A DNA stretch of 64,000 nucleotides, taken from positions 7,595 through 71,594 of the forward strand of contig SKHG01000036.1 in NCBI GenBank assembly GCA_007117035.1, given 5' to 3'. The notes under the pieces are model-generated. The model made no database searches. It saw nothing but the letters and a program-made list of their open reading frames with translations, and had not been told where the DNA came from. This document shows positions 20,729-30,238 of the stretch, in pieces. Source of the DNA: Candidatus Campbellbacteria bacterium (GTDB lineage Bacteria; Patescibacteriota; Minisyncoccia; Phycocordibacterales; CSBR16-193). Both the position numbers and the translations under genes were made by a program. The first letter of the stretch is position 1. Every line of letters begins with the position of its first letter.

Positions 20729-22192
20729 ATGTCAACACTGGAAGAGATTCGTTTAGTTAGACTAAAAAAACGTCAAAAATTCTTCGATGACGGTTCTTGT
20801 CCTTACCCCAACAAAACTAACAGAGACACAACTATACAAGAAGCAGTAGAAAGGTTTACTGAACTTCTGGAGTCAGGTGAAAAAAAAGTCCTAGTTGGTC
20901 GTGTTATGTCTGTTCGTGGACAAGGGGCTATTTCTTTTGTAAACATTTCTGATGGAACTGGTGATTTTCAAGCTGTTCTACACAAGGGGGAGATAGATGA
21001 CGAAAAGTTAAAAATGTTCAAAGACTTAGTTGATCTAGGTGACTTTATTGAAATTGACGGAGAATTTTTTCTAACCAAACGCGGTAGCCCAAGTCTTAAA
21101 ATTAGAGACTGGAAAATGCTTTCTAAAAGTATTCGTCCTTTACCAGAGAAATGGCACGGATTGAAAAGTAATGAGGAAAGATACAGAAGAAGGTATCTAG
21201 ATATTCTAATGAATCCTGATCTGAAGGATGTTTTTCAAAAAAAATCAGAATTCTGGCGATCGATAAGAACTTTTTTGGAGAAAAGGGATTTCTTTGAAGT
21301 TCAAACTCCGAGTCTAGAGTTAACTACTGGTGGAGCAGAGGCTAGACCATTTAAGACACATCACAACGACCTAGATCTTGATTTATATCTTAGAATATCA
21401 GTTGGTGAACTTTGGCAGAAGCGTTTGATGTCTGCGGGTTTTTCTAAAACATACGAGATTGGAAGAGTTTATCGTAATGAGGGTTCTAGCCCAGAACATC
21501 TTCAGGAATTTACCAATATGGAATTCTATGCTAGTTACATGAATTTTGATGATGGAAAAGAAATGGTTAAAGATCTGTATCGTACAGTTGCGCAGGAAGT
21601 TTTTGGAAAAACTGCATTTGAAACAAGAGGACATAAATTTGATCTAGCAGATGAATGGCCTGATCTAAACTACGTTAATACTATAAAGGAGATGACAGGA
21701 GTTAATGTCTTAGAAAGTTCTGAGTCAGATCTTCAGAAAAAGTTATCAGAACTAGAAATTGAGTATGAGGGGTCTGGTCGTGAAAGAATGATAGATTCAC
21801 TTTGGAAGTATTGTCGTAAACAAATTAGTGGACCAGCATTTTTGGTTGATCATCCCAAAGAAGTCGCACCGCTTTCTAAAACACACGAGGATGACCCGAG
21901 ATTGACTAGAACTTTTCAGATAATTCTAGCTGGTAGTGAAATTGGCCGAGGACATGCTGAACTAAATGATCCTGTTGATCAGGCTGATCGTTTTGCAGAG
22001 CAACAAAAATTAATTGAGGCGGGTGATGATGAGGCGATGATGCCAGATTGGGATTTTGTTGAGATGCTCGAGCACGGCATGCCACCGACTTTTGGATTTG
22101 GAGTAGGGGAGAGGTTGTTCTCATTTTTAGTTGATAAACCTATTCGAGAGGTAACCCTTTTTCCATTGATGCGTCCTAAAGATGATAAGTAG
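20729..22192 (+). CDS. lysS: Lysine--tRNA ligase (class II)
   Basis: PLPEKWHGL, RYRRRYLD, GGAEARPF, YRNEG, HGMPPTFGFG. Confidence 0.97.
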   Translation: MSTLEEIRLVRLKKRQKFFDDGSCPYPNKTNRDTTIQEAVERFTELLESGEKKVLVGRVMSVRGQGAISFVNISDGTGDFQAVLHKGEIDDEKLKMFKDLVDLGDFIEIDGEFFLTKRGSPSLKIRDWKMLSKSIRPLPEKWHGLKSNEERYRRRYLDILMNPDLKDVFQKKSEFWRSIRTFLEKRDFFEVQTPSLELTTGGAEARPFKTHHNDLDLDLYLRISVGELWQKRLMSAGFSKTYEIGRVYRNEGSSPEHLQEFTNMEFYASYMNFDDGKEMVKDLYRTVAQEVFGKTAFETRGHKFDLADEWPDLNYVNTIKEMTGVNVLESSESDLQKKLSELEIEYEGSGRERMIDSLWKYCRKQISGPAFLVDHPKEVAPLSKTHEDDPRLTRTFQIILAGSEIGRGHAELNDPVDQADRFAEQQKLIEAGDDEAMMPDWDFVEMLEHGMPPTFGFGVGERLFSFLVDKPIREVTLFPLMRPKDDK

Positions 22193-22257
22193 ACCACTCT
22201 TTTTTTAGGATCTATTTTAGATATCCATATGTCTATTACGTAAACTATTAATTATCG

Positions 22258-22902
22258 ATGAAACTGAGTTTATATATAACAACAGTTGTACTAATAGTTT
22301 TGTTGATTTTATTCCATCTTAATTTTTTTGATTTATGGCAGATCTCTCCTGAAACGATTGAAGATTATGTGAAAGGTTTTGGTTTTTGGGGGCCTGTAAT
22401 TTTGATCGGATTATATATTTTCACTGCAGTTTTTATGTTACCTGTTTTACCACTTACTGTGGCAGGTGGTGTACTGTTTGGTTTTGTGCCTGGATCACTC
22501 TATAGCATGATAGGTATGATTATTGGTTCAGCTTTAGTTTTCTTTTCGGCTAGGTCGTTTGCATCTATTCCGATAAAGAATTTTTTACTTAAGTATACTG
22601 AAAAATTTTATTATTATTATCAAAAACTAGGCCAAAGTGGTTTTCCGGCTGTTTTTGTTTCTCGCTTGATTCCTGTAGCGCCTTTTAATATTTTGACCTT
22701 GGTCTTAGCTTTAACATCGATAAGATCTAAGGATTTTGTTTACGGAACTATTGTGGGAGTTTTCCCGGCTACCTTACTATATAGTTATGTTGGTTTGTCG
22801 TTGATGACTTTTGATGTACTACAAATAATTTTTGCTTTTTTGCTTTTAAAACTGTTTTTAATTCTGGTTTATAAATATCGTAAGGAGGTTTTTAAACTCT
22901 AG
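22258..22902 (+). CDS. TVP38/TMEM64 (DedA superfamily, VTT domain) membrane protein
   Basis: AGGVLFG...G, SRLIPVAPFN. Confidence 0.88.
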   Translation: MKLSLYITTVVLIVLLILFHLNFFDLWQISPETIEDYVKGFGFWGPVILIGLYIFTAVFMLPVLPLTVAGGVLFGFVPGSLYSMIGMIIGSALVFFSARSFASIPIKNFLLKYTEKFYYYYQKLGQSGFPAVFVSRLIPVAPFNILTLVLALTSIRSKDFVYGTIVGVFPATLLYSYVGLSLMTFDVLQIIFAFLLLKLFLILVYKYRKEVFKL

Positions 22903-22974
22903 TTTCTTATCTCTATTTAAGCTAATAAACAAATAAAATTAATGGATTTTTACGAACCGCTCTATCTATTAGGG

Positions 22975-22983
22975 TGTGGATAA
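22975..22983 (-). promoter_or_regulatory. DnaA box
   Basis: TGTGGATAA is the perfect TTATCCACA on the - strand, upstream of mraZ. Confidence 0.6.
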
Positions 22984-22995
22984 CTGTTTTGTATT

Positions 22996-23040
22996 GTGGG
23001 ATAAAGTGGTATATAATTGTAGCTAAGTGGGATGAAGTGG
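22996..23040 (+). promoter_or_regulatory. MraZ-binding repeats and dcw promoter
   Basis: GTGG at 22996, 23006, 23027 and 23037 (about 10-nt period) flanking TATAAT at 23012. Confidence 0.8.
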
Positions 23041-23062
23041 AATAATCTCACAATAAGCGCTT

Positions 23063-23497
23063 ATGTTAATAGGAGAGTACACTCACACTTTAGATAGTAA
23101 AAAACGGAGTTCTCTTCCGTCGCGTTTTCGCAAAGAACTTGGTAAAAAGTTAGTTGCAACACACGGACTTGATCACTGTCTTTTTCTATATCCACAGAAA
23201 GAGTGGGATAAAATCTCTTCTAAAATAGCAGACCTTGGTATGGCACATGCTGACACACGAGGTTTCAACCGTTTTATCCTAGCTGGAGCGGTTGAGTTAG
23301 AGGTTGATAGCGCTGGTCGAATTCTTCTTCCTGAGTTTTTGTGCAAATTCGCTGGTTTGAAGGATAAAGTTGTTTTTGCCGGAGTACATAATCGAGTTGA
23401 AGTCTGGGATAAACTACGATGGCAGAAGTATAAGCAACAGATCGAGGATCAGGCTGAAGAGATGTCAGAAAAGTTGGGTCAGGCTGGGATGCTTTAA
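23063..23497 (+). CDS. mraZ: Division/cell wall cluster repressor MraZ
   Basis: MLIGEYTHTLDSKKR, DSAGRILLP. Confidence 0.96.
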   Translation: MLIGEYTHTLDSKKRSSLPSRFRKELGKKLVATHGLDHCLFLYPQKEWDKISSKIADLGMAHADTRGFNRFILAGAVELEVDSAGRILLPEFLCKFAGLKDKVVFAGVHNRVEVWDKLRWQKYKQQIEDQAEEMSEKLGQAGML

Positions 23498-23499
23498 TC

Positions 23500-24390
23500 A
23501 TGCACAAACCTGTTCTTTTACATGAAGTAGTTGAGGGTCTTGATATCAAAGATGGTGATACAGTCCTTGACGCAACAGTTGGTAGTGGTGGGCATTCATT
23601 TGAAATTTGTTCAAGTTACAAAGATATTAATTTAGTAGCTTTTGATGCAGATTCGGAAGCCATCGAGAGATCGCAAAAAAAACTAGACAATTCTAGTTGT
23701 CAGAATATTTTGTTTTCAGTCTCACATTTTAATGAAACCGAAAAGAGTCTTAATGATCTAAGTATTGAGTATTTGGATAGAGCAATGCTAGATCTCGGGT
23801 TAAATTCGGAACAGTTAGAGGCTTCTGGTAGGGGATTTAGTTTTCAAAAAGATGAACCGCTTTTAATGACATTTGGAAAGTCAGCTAAAGATGATTTAAC
23901 TGCAAAGGATGTTGTTAATGATTGGTCTGAAGATTCCATAGAAGCAATTCTTTCTGGTTATGGAGAAGAGCGTTTTGCAAAGCGTATTGCAAAAGGAATT
24001 GTTTTAAGAAGAGAACTGAAGCCGATTGAAAAAGTTTTCGAATTAGTAGAGATAATTAACGAGAATACACCCACATGGTATCACCACAGGAGGATTCACC
24101 AAGCGACAAAAACTTTTCAAGCAATACGAATGGCAACAAATGACGAGATTGAGAGTTTGAGAAAAATTTTAGATGTTGTTTATCGAAAGCTTCGAGTTGG
24201 TGGACGAATTGCAGTCATTTCTTTTCATAGTATAGAAGACCGATTAGTTAAAAGATATTTCCGGTCACTAGCTGTTGAAGGTAATGTTTTAATAATTAAA
24301 CCGTTTCCAATTGTTCCATCTATAACTGAGATAAAAGAAAACTCGCGAGCCAGAAGTGCAAAATTAAGAATAATTGAAAAAATAAAATGA
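23500..24390 (+). CDS. rsmH: 16S rRNA m4C1402 methyltransferase
   Basis: HKPVLL, DATVGSGGHS, SFHSIEDR, RARSAKLR. Confidence 0.96.
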   Translation: MHKPVLLHEVVEGLDIKDGDTVLDATVGSGGHSFEICSSYKDINLVAFDADSEAIERSQKKLDNSSCQNILFSVSHFNETEKSLNDLSIEYLDRAMLDLGLNSEQLEASGRGFSFQKDEPLLMTFGKSAKDDLTAKDVVNDWSEDSIEAILSGYGEERFAKRIAKGIVLRRELKPIEKVFELVEIINENTPTWYHHRRIHQATKTFQAIRMATNDEIESLRKILDVVYRKLRVGGRIAVISFHSIEDRLVKRYFRSLAVEGNVLIIKPFPIVPSITEIKENSRARSAKLRIIEKIK

Positions 24391-24710
24391 CAACATTAAC
24401 ATTAAGTAAACTTAAAATAGACATCTCAACCAGCCCATCAAATATATGGATCCTAGGTTCCTTTTTTATAATTATGCTTTTCCTATATACGATCTTAATG
24501 ATAGGTGTTGCTTCAAATACATCTGAAAGAGGTAATCTTGGTGTTTATCTGCCTATAATTTCAGCTGAAGTTAGTGATCTGGAGTTTAGTCACCTTGCTC
24601 TTAAAGGTGGAATCAATCGATCTTTGGTCGAGGAACGTGGGTTGGTTTTGGTTGATAATGTTGATTTTGTTTCTAGTTCGGCTTTGGGTCATCAGATTGA
24701 TTCATTCTAG
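24387..24710 (+). CDS. FtsL-like bitopic protein
   Basis: Single TM; lies between rsmH and ftsI (synteny inference). Confidence 0.55.
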   Translation: MTTLTLSKLKIDISTSPSNIWILGSFFIIMLFLYTILMIGVASNTSERGNLGVYLPIISAEVSDLEFSHLALKGGINRSLVEERGLVLVDNVDFVSSSALGHQIDSF

Positions 24711-24735
24711 TTTTTTCTTACAGTAAAGGATTAAT

Positions 24736-26433
24736 ATGAATCTCAATGTGAGAATATGGATACTTTTTTCGGCACTTGTGTGTTTTTCCTTCTTATTGGT
24801 TGGACGCCTCTATTGGATTCAGATAATTTCCGGTCAGGAATTTGTCCAGCTGGCAGAGAATCAATTTGTTGTTCCAAACTATCATAACTACAGTCGTGGT
24901 GACATAGTTTTTAGTACAGTTAAAGGTGAACGTGTACCTATGGCTACTTTACGTTCCGGAAACATCCTAGCCTTAAATCCTCTTCTGATTATTGATCCTG
25001 AATATGTTTATAAAGAACTCTCATCTGTTATTGATGTGGATAAGGAGCGTTTTGATGTAGTTACATCACGAGAGGTAAACTATGTTGAGTTAAATAATCA
25101 TCTGAGTCTCGATGAAGGGCAAGCAATAAGGAAACTTGAACTAGAAGGAGTAACTCTACATCCTCAGTCTTGGCGATACTACCCAGGTGAGTCTATTGCA
25201 GCTCAGACAGTTGGTTTTATTGGCTTTCAAGGTAATGAACTAGCTGGAAGATATGGACTCGAAAGAAACTACGAAAGTGTACTAAGTCGAAGAAGCGATT
25301 CATACACTGTTAATTTTTTTGCTGAGATTTTTGCAAACATGAGTCATGAGATGTCTGATATGTCACACGTTGAAGGCGATGTTATTACATATTTAGAACC
25401 ATCACTACAATCAATGGTCGAGAATCGGTTACTAGAGTTTATGGATAAATGGCATGCGGAAGAAGTTGGTGCAATTGTTATGGATCCTGTTACAGGTTCA
25501 ATATTTTCATTCAGTTCTCTGCCTTCGTTTGATCCAAACGATTTTCGTAATGCGAAACCAGATCGTTACGCCAATCCTTTAGTCGAGAACGTTTATGAAA
25601 TGGGTTCAGTGATTAAAGCACTTACAATTGCTTCAGGTATAGATGCAGGAGTTATTTCACCACAGAGTAAGTATTACGATCATGGTTCGGTTAGAATTGA
25701 TGGATTTACTGTTTCTAACTTCGATGGTCGCTCAAGAGGTGAGATCGATATGCAGAAGGTTTTAAATGATTCAGTCAATACAGGTGTAGTTCATATTATG
25801 GAACTAATGGGGACTAATAGATTTGCACAGTATATGAAGGATTTTGGTTTTAGTGAAAAAACAGGAATTGACCTTCCGAACGAAGCAGAAAATATTATAA
25901 ACAATTTTGACAGCCCAAGGCGAATTGAGTATGCTACTGCTTCGTTTGGTCAAGGAATTGCTTTGACACCAATTGGTACAATAAGGGCGTTGTCTGCTCT
26001 TGCTAATGGTGGATTGGTTGTGGAGCCTCGTTTAGTTGAAAGGATAGAGTATAGTGATGGAACAATAGAGGAAATTGAAAAACCAAACCCGCGTAGAGTA
26101 ATATCTGAAGAAAGTTCAAGGTCTATAACTAGAATGCTGGTTAACACTGTTGACGAAGCTCTGGTTGGTGGATCATTTAAGAAAGATAGGTACTCGATAG
26201 CAGCAAAAACCGGAACAGCTCAAGTTGCTCATAAATTTGAGAGAGGTTACCAAGATGATGTTTTTCTCCACTCATTTTTTGGATATTTTCCAGCATATGA
26301 TCCTGAGTTTATAATCTTTCTTTATGCGGTCAATCCTAAAGATAGTCTGTATGCATCGCAAACATTAACAGAACCGTTTATTGACATCACAAATTTTATT
26401 ATTAACCATTACTCGATCTCACCAGACAGATAA
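24736..26433 (+). CDS. ftsI: Peptidoglycan transpeptidase FtsI (PBP3)
   Basis: YEMGSVIK, SVN, KTGTAQ; dcw position. Confidence 0.9.
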   Translation: MNLNVRIWILFSALVCFSFLLVGRLYWIQIISGQEFVQLAENQFVVPNYHNYSRGDIVFSTVKGERVPMATLRSGNILALNPLLIIDPEYVYKELSSVIDVDKERFDVVTSREVNYVELNNHLSLDEGQAIRKLELEGVTLHPQSWRYYPGESIAAQTVGFIGFQGNELAGRYGLERNYESVLSRRSDSYTVNFFAEIFANMSHEMSDMSHVEGDVITYLEPSLQSMVENRLLEFMDKWHAEEVGAIVMDPVTGSIFSFSSLPSFDPNDFRNAKPDRYANPLVENVYEMGSVIKALTIASGIDAGVISPQSKYYDHGSVRIDGFTVSNFDGRSRGEIDMQKVLNDSVNTGVVHIMELMGTNRFAQYMKDFGFSEKTGIDLPNEAENIINNFDSPRRIEYATASFGQGIALTPIGTIRALSALANGGLVVEPRLVERIEYSDGTIEEIEKPNPRRVISEESSRSITRMLVNTVDEALVGGSFKKDRYSIAAKTGTAQVAHKFERGYQDDVFLHSFFGYFPAYDPEFIIFLYAVNPKDSLYASQTLTEPFIDITNFIINHYSISPDR

Positions 26434-26437
26434 TATT

Positions 26438-27727
26438 ATGTATAAATTAAAAACAATATTTAAGGCAGTTGTACTAAAAATTCTGGAATGGGAGGGGCGT
26501 TTGGTTATAAAAAAATATAAACCAACCATAATTGCAATTACAGGTAATGTTGGAAAGACAACCACTAAAGACGCAATATATGAAGTCCTAGAAAAACTTT
26601 TCGATAATGTTAGAAAGAGTCCCAAAAGTTACAACAGTGACTTTGGTGTACCTCTTACAATTTTAGGTCGTAATACTGGCTGGAACAGTCCTTTAGCTTG
26701 GATTCTAAATATTCTAGCACCTATACCTCTCTTACTGTTTCCGATGAAATATCCAAATAAAATTGTACTTGAAGTTGGAGCTGATAAGCCGAATGATATA
26801 AAAAAAATATCTAGTTGGTTACATGCAGACAGGGTCGTGGTAACTCAAATGAGCTCCGTTCCTGTTCATATTGAAGCATTTGGTACTGTCGAAAGAATTA
26901 TTGAAGAAAAATCTGAGTTAATTAAAAGTATAAAGCGTGGTGGTTTGGTAATACTTAACGCAGATGACGAACACGCTCCAAAGTTTGCAGTTTTTTCAGA
27001 GAATAAACCGTTTTATGTTGGTTTTAGAAATTCAGCAGATCTTCAGGCTTCAAACTATCAAATAAACTATAATTCTGATGGTAGGCCTAGGGGTATAACC
27101 TTTAAAATTAATCATCGTGGAAGTTGTGCTCCAGTTTCAATTGATGGAGTGATTGGTAAGGGTTTTGTGTATCCAATTCTTTTTGCAACTGTTTTAGGTC
27201 TAAAAGAAGGAGGTAATTTAGTATCTGTTGGACAGGCTCTGTCTTCATTTAAGACTACACCTGGAAGAATGAGAATCCTAAAGGGGCAAAACGACTCTTC
27301 AATCATAGATGACTCATACAACTCATCTCCGCTTGCAGTTTTAAACGCACTAGACTGCTTGAGTGAGTTGCAATGTAGTGGACGTAAAATTGCTGTGTTG
27401 GGGGATATGCTGGAGCTTGGTGAATACAGTGAGGATCAACACCAAAAGATTGGCCGTTTATCTGGAGAAGTTGCAGATCTGGTAGTTGGAGTTGGAAAGA
27501 TGTCAGAAATTATTGTCGCTGAAGCAAAATTAGCTGGAGCTGAAACATTACTATTTAAGGACTCAAAGCAATCAATTTTAGGTTTGAAAGATGTTTTAAA
27601 ACCTGGTGATATTTGTTTAGTTAAAGGTTCTCAGTCTGTTCGTATGGAAAGATTAGTCTATGAGTTGGTAGAAAAGGAAGAAAGGGTAAATTTAGTTCGA
27701 CAAGATTTGGAATGGCAAAAAAAATAG
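26438..27727 (+). CDS. murF: UDP-MurNAc-tripeptide--D-Ala-D-Ala ligase
   Basis: ITGNVGKTTTK, DDSYNSSP, LGDMLELG, VKGSQ; ATG at 26438 preferred. Confidence 0.92.
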   Translation: MYKLKTIFKAVVLKILEWEGRLVIKKYKPTIIAITGNVGKTTTKDAIYEVLEKLFDNVRKSPKSYNSDFGVPLTILGRNTGWNSPLAWILNILAPIPLLLFPMKYPNKIVLEVGADKPNDIKKISSWLHADRVVVTQMSSVPVHIEAFGTVERIIEEKSELIKSIKRGGLVILNADDEHAPKFAVFSENKPFYVGFRNSADLQASNYQINYNSDGRPRGITFKINHRGSCAPVSIDGVIGKGFVYPILFATVLGLKEGGNLVSVGQALSSFKTTPGRMRILKGQNDSSIIDDSYNSSPLAVLNALDCLSELQCSGRKIAVLGDMLELGEYSEDQHQKIGRLSGEVADLVVGVGKMSEIIVAEAKLAGAETLLFKDSKQSILGLKDVLKPGDICLVKGSQSVRMERLVYELVEKEERVNLVRQDLEWQKK

Positions 27728-27776
27728 TTAGTAATTCTTTTTACAACCAAAGAATAAGCTTGTTTTGATGCTCGTG

Positions 27777-28163
27777 TTAAAAAGTGAGTATGTTTTTTGG
27801 TAAAAGGTTTACACAATTTATTTCATTCAAATCAACCCATTTGAAGTCTATATGATCTTCTTGGGATATTATTTCAAGCCCGTCCTTTATTTCAGCCTCA
27901 AAAATTAAATTAATTTCATGATGCATTTTTTTATTTTCTTCATATGTATGTTCAAAATAATTTCTGAAGGAAATGTTAAATAGATCATCTTTTGATAGGG
28001 CTAGTTCTTCATTCATTTCTTTGTAAATTGTTTTTTCCACGGAGTCACCAAACTCAATGTGTCCTCCAGGAAGATAATAGTGTCCAGATTTTTTACTCAG
28101 ACATAATAAAATTTTTTTTTCTTTTTTTATAATAAGTCTGACTATGTTTTCAATATTGTTCAT
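27777..28163 (-). CDS. Nudix hydrolase
   Basis: LPGGHIEFGDSVEKTIYKEMNEEL (degenerate Nudix box); alternative start at 28187. Confidence 0.85.
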   Translation of the reverse strand: MNNIENIVRLIIKKEKKILLCLSKKSGHYYLPGGHIEFGDSVEKTIYKEMNEELALSKDDLFNISFRNYFEHTYEENKKMHHEINLIFEAEIKDGLEIISQEDHIDFKWVDLNEINCVNLLPKNILTF

Positions 28164-28233
28164 ATGTATGAATACTATACTCTTCATCTCTTATCTTGTA
28201 TCTAATTATGATTAGTTTGCATGTACATGGTTT

Positions 28234-29016
28234 CTATAGAACCATTAAGATAAATGGCAGACATACATATATAATTATGTCTGCAGAGAAATGGGCAATC
28301 ATTGCTGACTCTAATCCCTTTTTCCAATAAAGCCAACCAAAAACTATTCCAGCAATTCCGTTAAGTAACAGCGCACGGAAAATTATTAACGGAGTTATTG
28401 TTACTAATTCTGAAGTAATGGGTAAGTGCCCTATGCCAAACAAAAGTGCTGCAACAATAATTGCTGTCCATACAATTAAATTGTTTTCAATAATTTTACC
28501 TTTCGAACCTATTATTTTAGTGAGCAACCAAACTATGAATGTCATAAAAAATAATCTCATAACGATCTCTTCGTTAATGCCGCCATAAAATGATGCGAGG
28601 AATCCTTGCCAGATTGGAACGGAAATTTCTTTAAATATACTTTCTAAACCAACTCGGGATAATATTAAGTCAAACAATATAATAGCAACACCAGTTAAGG
28701 AACCAAGTATGACGGAAATTTTAATGAGTGGTTTTACATTGAAATCAATTTTTTCTTTGGCAACAAGTTTTTCGACAATAGGTATTTGAAAACCTAATTT
28801 GGTAGATAATTTTAATCCAATAAAAATCAGAATGGCAAATAATAAAGCACTCTGCGCTACTATAATTAGCATTGTAAGCGGTAGCGGCATAGGTACATCG
28901 TTTAATAACTCACCTTGAATGTTCAAAATAAAAGGTATTATTGCGAGAATAGAAATAATACTTGCAGATAATATAGTAAAATACAATTTCCAATTAACTA
29001 TGGTTTTGATGTTCAT
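28234..29016 (-). CDS. CPBP/Abi-family intramembrane glutamic protease
   Basis: EEIVMR, FGIGH, AMIAHFSAD motifs; ATG at 29016 preferred over the upstream TTG. Confidence 0.9.
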   Translation of the reverse strand: MNIKTIVNWKLYFTILSASIISILAIIPFILNIQGELLNDVPMPLPLTMLIIVAQSALLFAILIFIGLKLSTKLGFQIPIVEKLVAKEKIDFNVKPLIKISVILGSLTGVAIILFDLILSRVGLESIFKEISVPIWQGFLASFYGGINEEIVMRLFFMTFIVWLLTKIIGSKGKIIENNLIVWTAIIVAALLFGIGHLPITSELVTITPLIIFRALLLNGIAGIVFGWLYWKKGLESAMIAHFSADIIIYVCLPFILMVL

Positions 29017-29147
29017 AAATATTAATTTTAAAATAAAGTCTTTAATCAACTTCTTAGGAAACTATACTACATTTTAAAGATTATGCACTTCTCTCGTGCA
29101 CCCTTAAAAGCTATGTTTTTAGTGCGTTTGAATAGCGCACGACTCGG

Positions 29148-29219
29148 TGACCCTACCGGGAATCGAACCCGGATTTCAAGCTTGAGAAGCTTACGTCCTA
29201 ACCGTTAGACGATAGGGCC
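29148..29219 (-). tRNA. tRNA-Glu (anticodon CTC); CCA not fully encoded
   Basis: Reverse complement GGCCCTATCGTCTAACGGTTAGGACGTAAGCTTCTCAAGCTTGAAATCCGGGTTCGATTCCCGGTAGGGTCA folds as a cloverleaf with a GTTCGA T-loop; followed by CCG. Confidence 0.96.
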
Positions 29220-29302
29220 ATATGACTTTCAAGAAAATTGAAAGCAAAAAAATAATAACACATATTGAACTAAAGATAAATAACACTATCAACAGATTTG
29301 GA

Positions 29303-29335
29303 TTGACAAATATCTATTTTAATATATTTTATAAT
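29303..29335 (+). promoter_or_regulatory. Sigma70 promoter of the leader/GNAT unit
   Basis: TTGACA at 29303; -10 candidates TATTTT (29325) or TATAAT (29330). Confidence 0.6.
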
Positions 29336-29337
29336 AG

Positions 29338-29478
29338 ATGGAATACATGAGCCGAAAGCTAAATAATATGAAGAACACCTCAAGAAAATGTGGTGTGTAT
29401 TTCTCTGGTCTAACATCAGGCCATATCACAGGCATCTTTTTAGCCAAGGTTTTTGTATCTAACTGTAAAAATATTTAA
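29338..29478 (+). CDS. Putative 46-aa leader peptide MEYMSRKLNNMKNTSRKCGVYFSGLTSGHITGIFLAKVFVSNCKNI
   Basis: Starts just after the promoter; its 3' third is the 5' arm of an antiterminator; alternative ATGs at 29347 and 29368. Confidence 0.55.
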   Translation: MEYMSRKLNNMKNTSRKCGVYFSGLTSGHITGIFLAKVFVSNCKNI

Positions 29479-29536
29479 ATATATATTTAATAAAAATAGA
29501 AAAACCTCGGCTGAACAGAAGTCGAGGTTTTTGTTT
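29431..29536 (+). promoter_or_regulatory. Transcription attenuator (antiterminator/terminator)
   Basis: Terminator AAAAACCTCGGCT/AGTCGAGGTTTTT+GTTT (29500-29536); competing helix 29431-29460 with 29494-29523, 25 of 30 positions pair. Confidence 0.75.
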
Positions 29537-29579
29537 AGTAAGGTCTTATTAGTCAGTTCTTTAGAAAGGAGAAAATATT

Positions 29580-30170
29580 ATGAATCAGGATACAAAGTCA
29601 GTTGTCTTCCTGCAAGGCCCAAATGTGGTCTTGCGACCTATTATGAGAGACGATATACCAGATTTATTGCATTGGATCAATGATCCGAAAGTTAATAGAT
29701 ATATATCGTCGGTTATGCCGATAATGGAGGTTGATGAAGAAGAATGGTTTGAGAAACTTCCTAAACGTAAACCTAAAGATATAGTCTTAGGTATTGTCGT
29801 GGAAGGAAAGTTGATTGGCAATATGGGTCTACACGATATTGATTCAATTGCTCGAACTGCCACAACCGGTGCTTTAATTGGCGAAAGCCAGTACTGGGGT
29901 CGAGGTTTTGGAACTGAAGCGAAGATGATTCTGTTGAACTATGCTTTCAACACTCTTAACCTTCGCAAGATCTGTTCCTCCGTCATCGCTTTTAATGAGC
30001 GGAGTCGTCGGTATAGTGAAAAGTGTGGTTATACACTTGAAGGTATTAGAAAGCAACAGTTCTATAAAGAAGGGCAATATTGGGATGAGATCATGCTGTC
30101 TGTCTTTAAGGATAGTTGGACACCGTTATGGTCAGAGTTTTTGAAACAAAACGGAATGATTCAACAATGA
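29580..30170 (+). CDS. GNAT acetyltransferase, RimJ/RimL/SpeG-like
   Basis: YWGRGFGTEA, YAFNTLNLRKI, NERSRRYSEKCGY; AAAGGAG SD. Confidence 0.92.
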   Translation: MNQDTKSVVFLQGPNVVLRPIMRDDIPDLLHWINDPKVNRYISSVMPIMEVDEEEWFEKLPKRKPKDIVLGIVVEGKLIGNMGLHDIDSIARTATTGALIGESQYWGRGFGTEAKMILLNYAFNTLNLRKICSSVIAFNERSRRYSEKCGYTLEGIRKQQFYKEGQYWDEIMLSVFKDSWTPLWSEFLKQNGMIQQ

Positions 30171-30174
30171 CACC

Positions 30175-30209
30175 AAGAGTCTCCACAAATGTGGAGACTC
30201 TTTTTTTTT
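30175..30209 (+). terminator. Intrinsic terminator
   Basis: AAGAGTCTCCACA/TGTGGAGACTCTT perfect stem plus T-tract. Confidence 0.92.
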
Positions 30210-30238
30210 CAATTTTGATATGTGATATAATCACAAGT

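Noticed and set aside
29453-29683. 76-aa ORF overlapping the GNAT start
   Set aside because: TTG start, runs through the attenuator terminator and overlaps the GNAT out of frame
30116-30238. N-terminal extension of pgi/pmi in the ORF track
   Set aside because: Spans the GNAT end and a terminator; the ATG at 30239 follows a perfect extended -10
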